Assembly (NCBI GenBank): GCA_977030845.1
Contig: OZ365115.1
Location: 14,756,001 to 14,820,000 of the forward strand
DNA length: 64,000 bases
DNA from: Fimbriosthenelais zetlandica
Taxonomy: Eukaryota
Reading direction: 5' to 3'
In this document: positions 62,270 through 64,000 of the stretch, in pieces
Layout of the letters: each line of letters begins with the position of its first letter
Numbering within the stretch: position 1 is the first letter of the stretch
Position numbers and translations under genes: made by a program
Notes under the pieces: generated by a model
The model's database searches: none
What the model was told of the DNA's origin: nothing
What the model saw: the letters and a program-made list of their open reading frames with translations, nothing else

Positions 62270-62545
62270 CATGCCTCTCACATGCCTCTGATCACATAGG
62301 TCGGGGACATGGCTGGCCTTTGACATGCCTCTCACTATAGACAGTGGGAGACATAACTGACCTTGTACATGCCTCTCACCACAGACAGTGGGAGACTTGG
62401 CTGGCCTTTTACATGCATCTCACCACAGACAGTGGGAGACATGGCTGGACTTTAGATGCCTCTCACCACAGACAATGGGAGACATGGCTGGCCTTTTACA
62501 AGCCTCTCACCACAGACAGTGGGAGACATGGCTGGCCTTTTACAA
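62270..62545 (-). repeat. 44-bp minisatellite array of the same family, head absent
   Basis: About six tandem units; no core or B box follows. Confidence 0.72.
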
Positions 62546-64000
62546 GCCTCTCACCACAGACACTAAATCTAATAAATCCTATCTAAGTAAAGGTAGACAA
62601 GTGCATCTATAATACATATAATGTATCATTGTATGTGAGCGATAATAAGTGAGATAGGGGTATTTTACAAGTCACCCTGGTCACGTGGACATTAACCAGA
62701 CATCTTATCTTGCCTTATCACTAACAGAGTCCGGGTCATCGGTACATTCCATCAATTTATGACATCACAGGACATAATTTATCAATGTTTCAAATGTGAT
62801 AACTACCATGGCACTACCATGGCATGAGCCTCAACCTTAGCTTTTGTTCTACCCAAGGCACTATCATTGGTTAATCCCAGAGGTAGAACCTACCGCCAAT
62901 TGTTTAAGTTTTTTTACCTTAGAATAAACTTCATATTACTAAATCCAGAATAAAAGACTGCCATGCAGGCCTACAGTAATTTTGCTAATTATCTTAGGGG
63001 ATAATTTATGCCATTATAATTAGGCCTATCTTTATGGTAAGCTATAGGTATTTTAGTAATTAGGATAAGTATAGCCTACTGTAGGTATTTTTTCACCATA
63101 TCATTTAACCTATATCTTATACCGTACATATAGGCCTACAATTTACTGTGAATTTTCTACTATAATTAGAGTAAAAAATTGATAAATTCAGAGCTATATA
63201 CATGTGAAAACATTCAATTGGACATGATACTGCCATATCTGCAACACCACTTGCATATAGAGCACAATATAGGGAGCTCTCACAAAAAACAAGCCCCTGC
63301 TAGTGCAGTTAGAGAATCCAGTGGTGCTATACCCTATAAAGCCTGAGCACCTGATAGCAGCCCTAAACTACTACACTACTAAATCATGTCATCTAAACCT
63401 GCTAGATCACTACAAACTGATTTACACAGGTTTAATAGATCATTATCAATAAATGAAATATGTAGTACTCAATCAATTAACATCAATATTTTAATACCCA
63501 TACAAGTTCATACTAAACATGGGAAGTGACTACTACTGAACCTATTAGTCAGATTACAAAATAATAAATTTTGTTTATATTATTTCACATTTATTTGGGT
63601 TTTTTGTGCGATAATCTATATCTATTAGATAATTCAGGATGACACAATTATAATTGACAGCAATGACTTTTAGAAATTTATCATTTTGATTGATCGAATT
63701 GATTTAATATCTAGTTCCCAAGCGTGCTGAAAGATAAAATCTAGCACAAAGACTAGTTTTCTGGGCAATTGATTAAAACAAATTTGCTTGACGATACTCT
63801 TATTTGTCAACCAACATTATGAAAGTGACCTAATCAGGAAATGGGTAAATAAAGTCAATGGGATCATGACATAAACAGTTAATATACATTAAGAGTTTCT
63901 ATATGAAAGTAGCAATAACGAAAGCACTTTATAAAGTGGTATAATAGTATAGAGCTGTGAATGAAGGCCGGCCTGGCTGGTATTATGAGGGGAGGACAGG

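Overview
AT-rich animal genomic DNA. It has GT-AG introns, tRNA-derived SINEs, MITEs, microsatellites and CTCF-like motifs; a bilaterian invertebrate host is an inference only. The main feature is one minus-strand gene for an NHERF/PDZK1-type PDZ scaffold. A 7-nt coding first exon (ATG at 26629) is followed by ten exons (25604 down to 662), each carrying one complete NHERF-type PDZ domain. Every one of these exons is a multiple of 3 nt and is flanked by phase-1 introns. The spliced frame is open for about 1,320 codons and runs off the left edge with no stop. Characterised NHERF-family proteins have 2 or 4 PDZ domains. The seven left-most exons form a tight cluster that looks like a tandem-duplicated, diverging cassette array, and any subset could be skipped in frame. 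The 37 kb to the right of the first exon has no convincing host coding sequence. It contains several near-consensus CTCF and RFX X-box motifs, nuclear-receptor half-site clusters, a 5'-truncated CR1/L2-type LINE fragment, TAA-flanked MITEs and minisatellites. A tRNA-headed SINE-like family with a 44-bp minisatellite tail occurs nine times across the whole window, always in the same orientation. All exon boundaries and motifs were read by eye; no database search or expression data were available.
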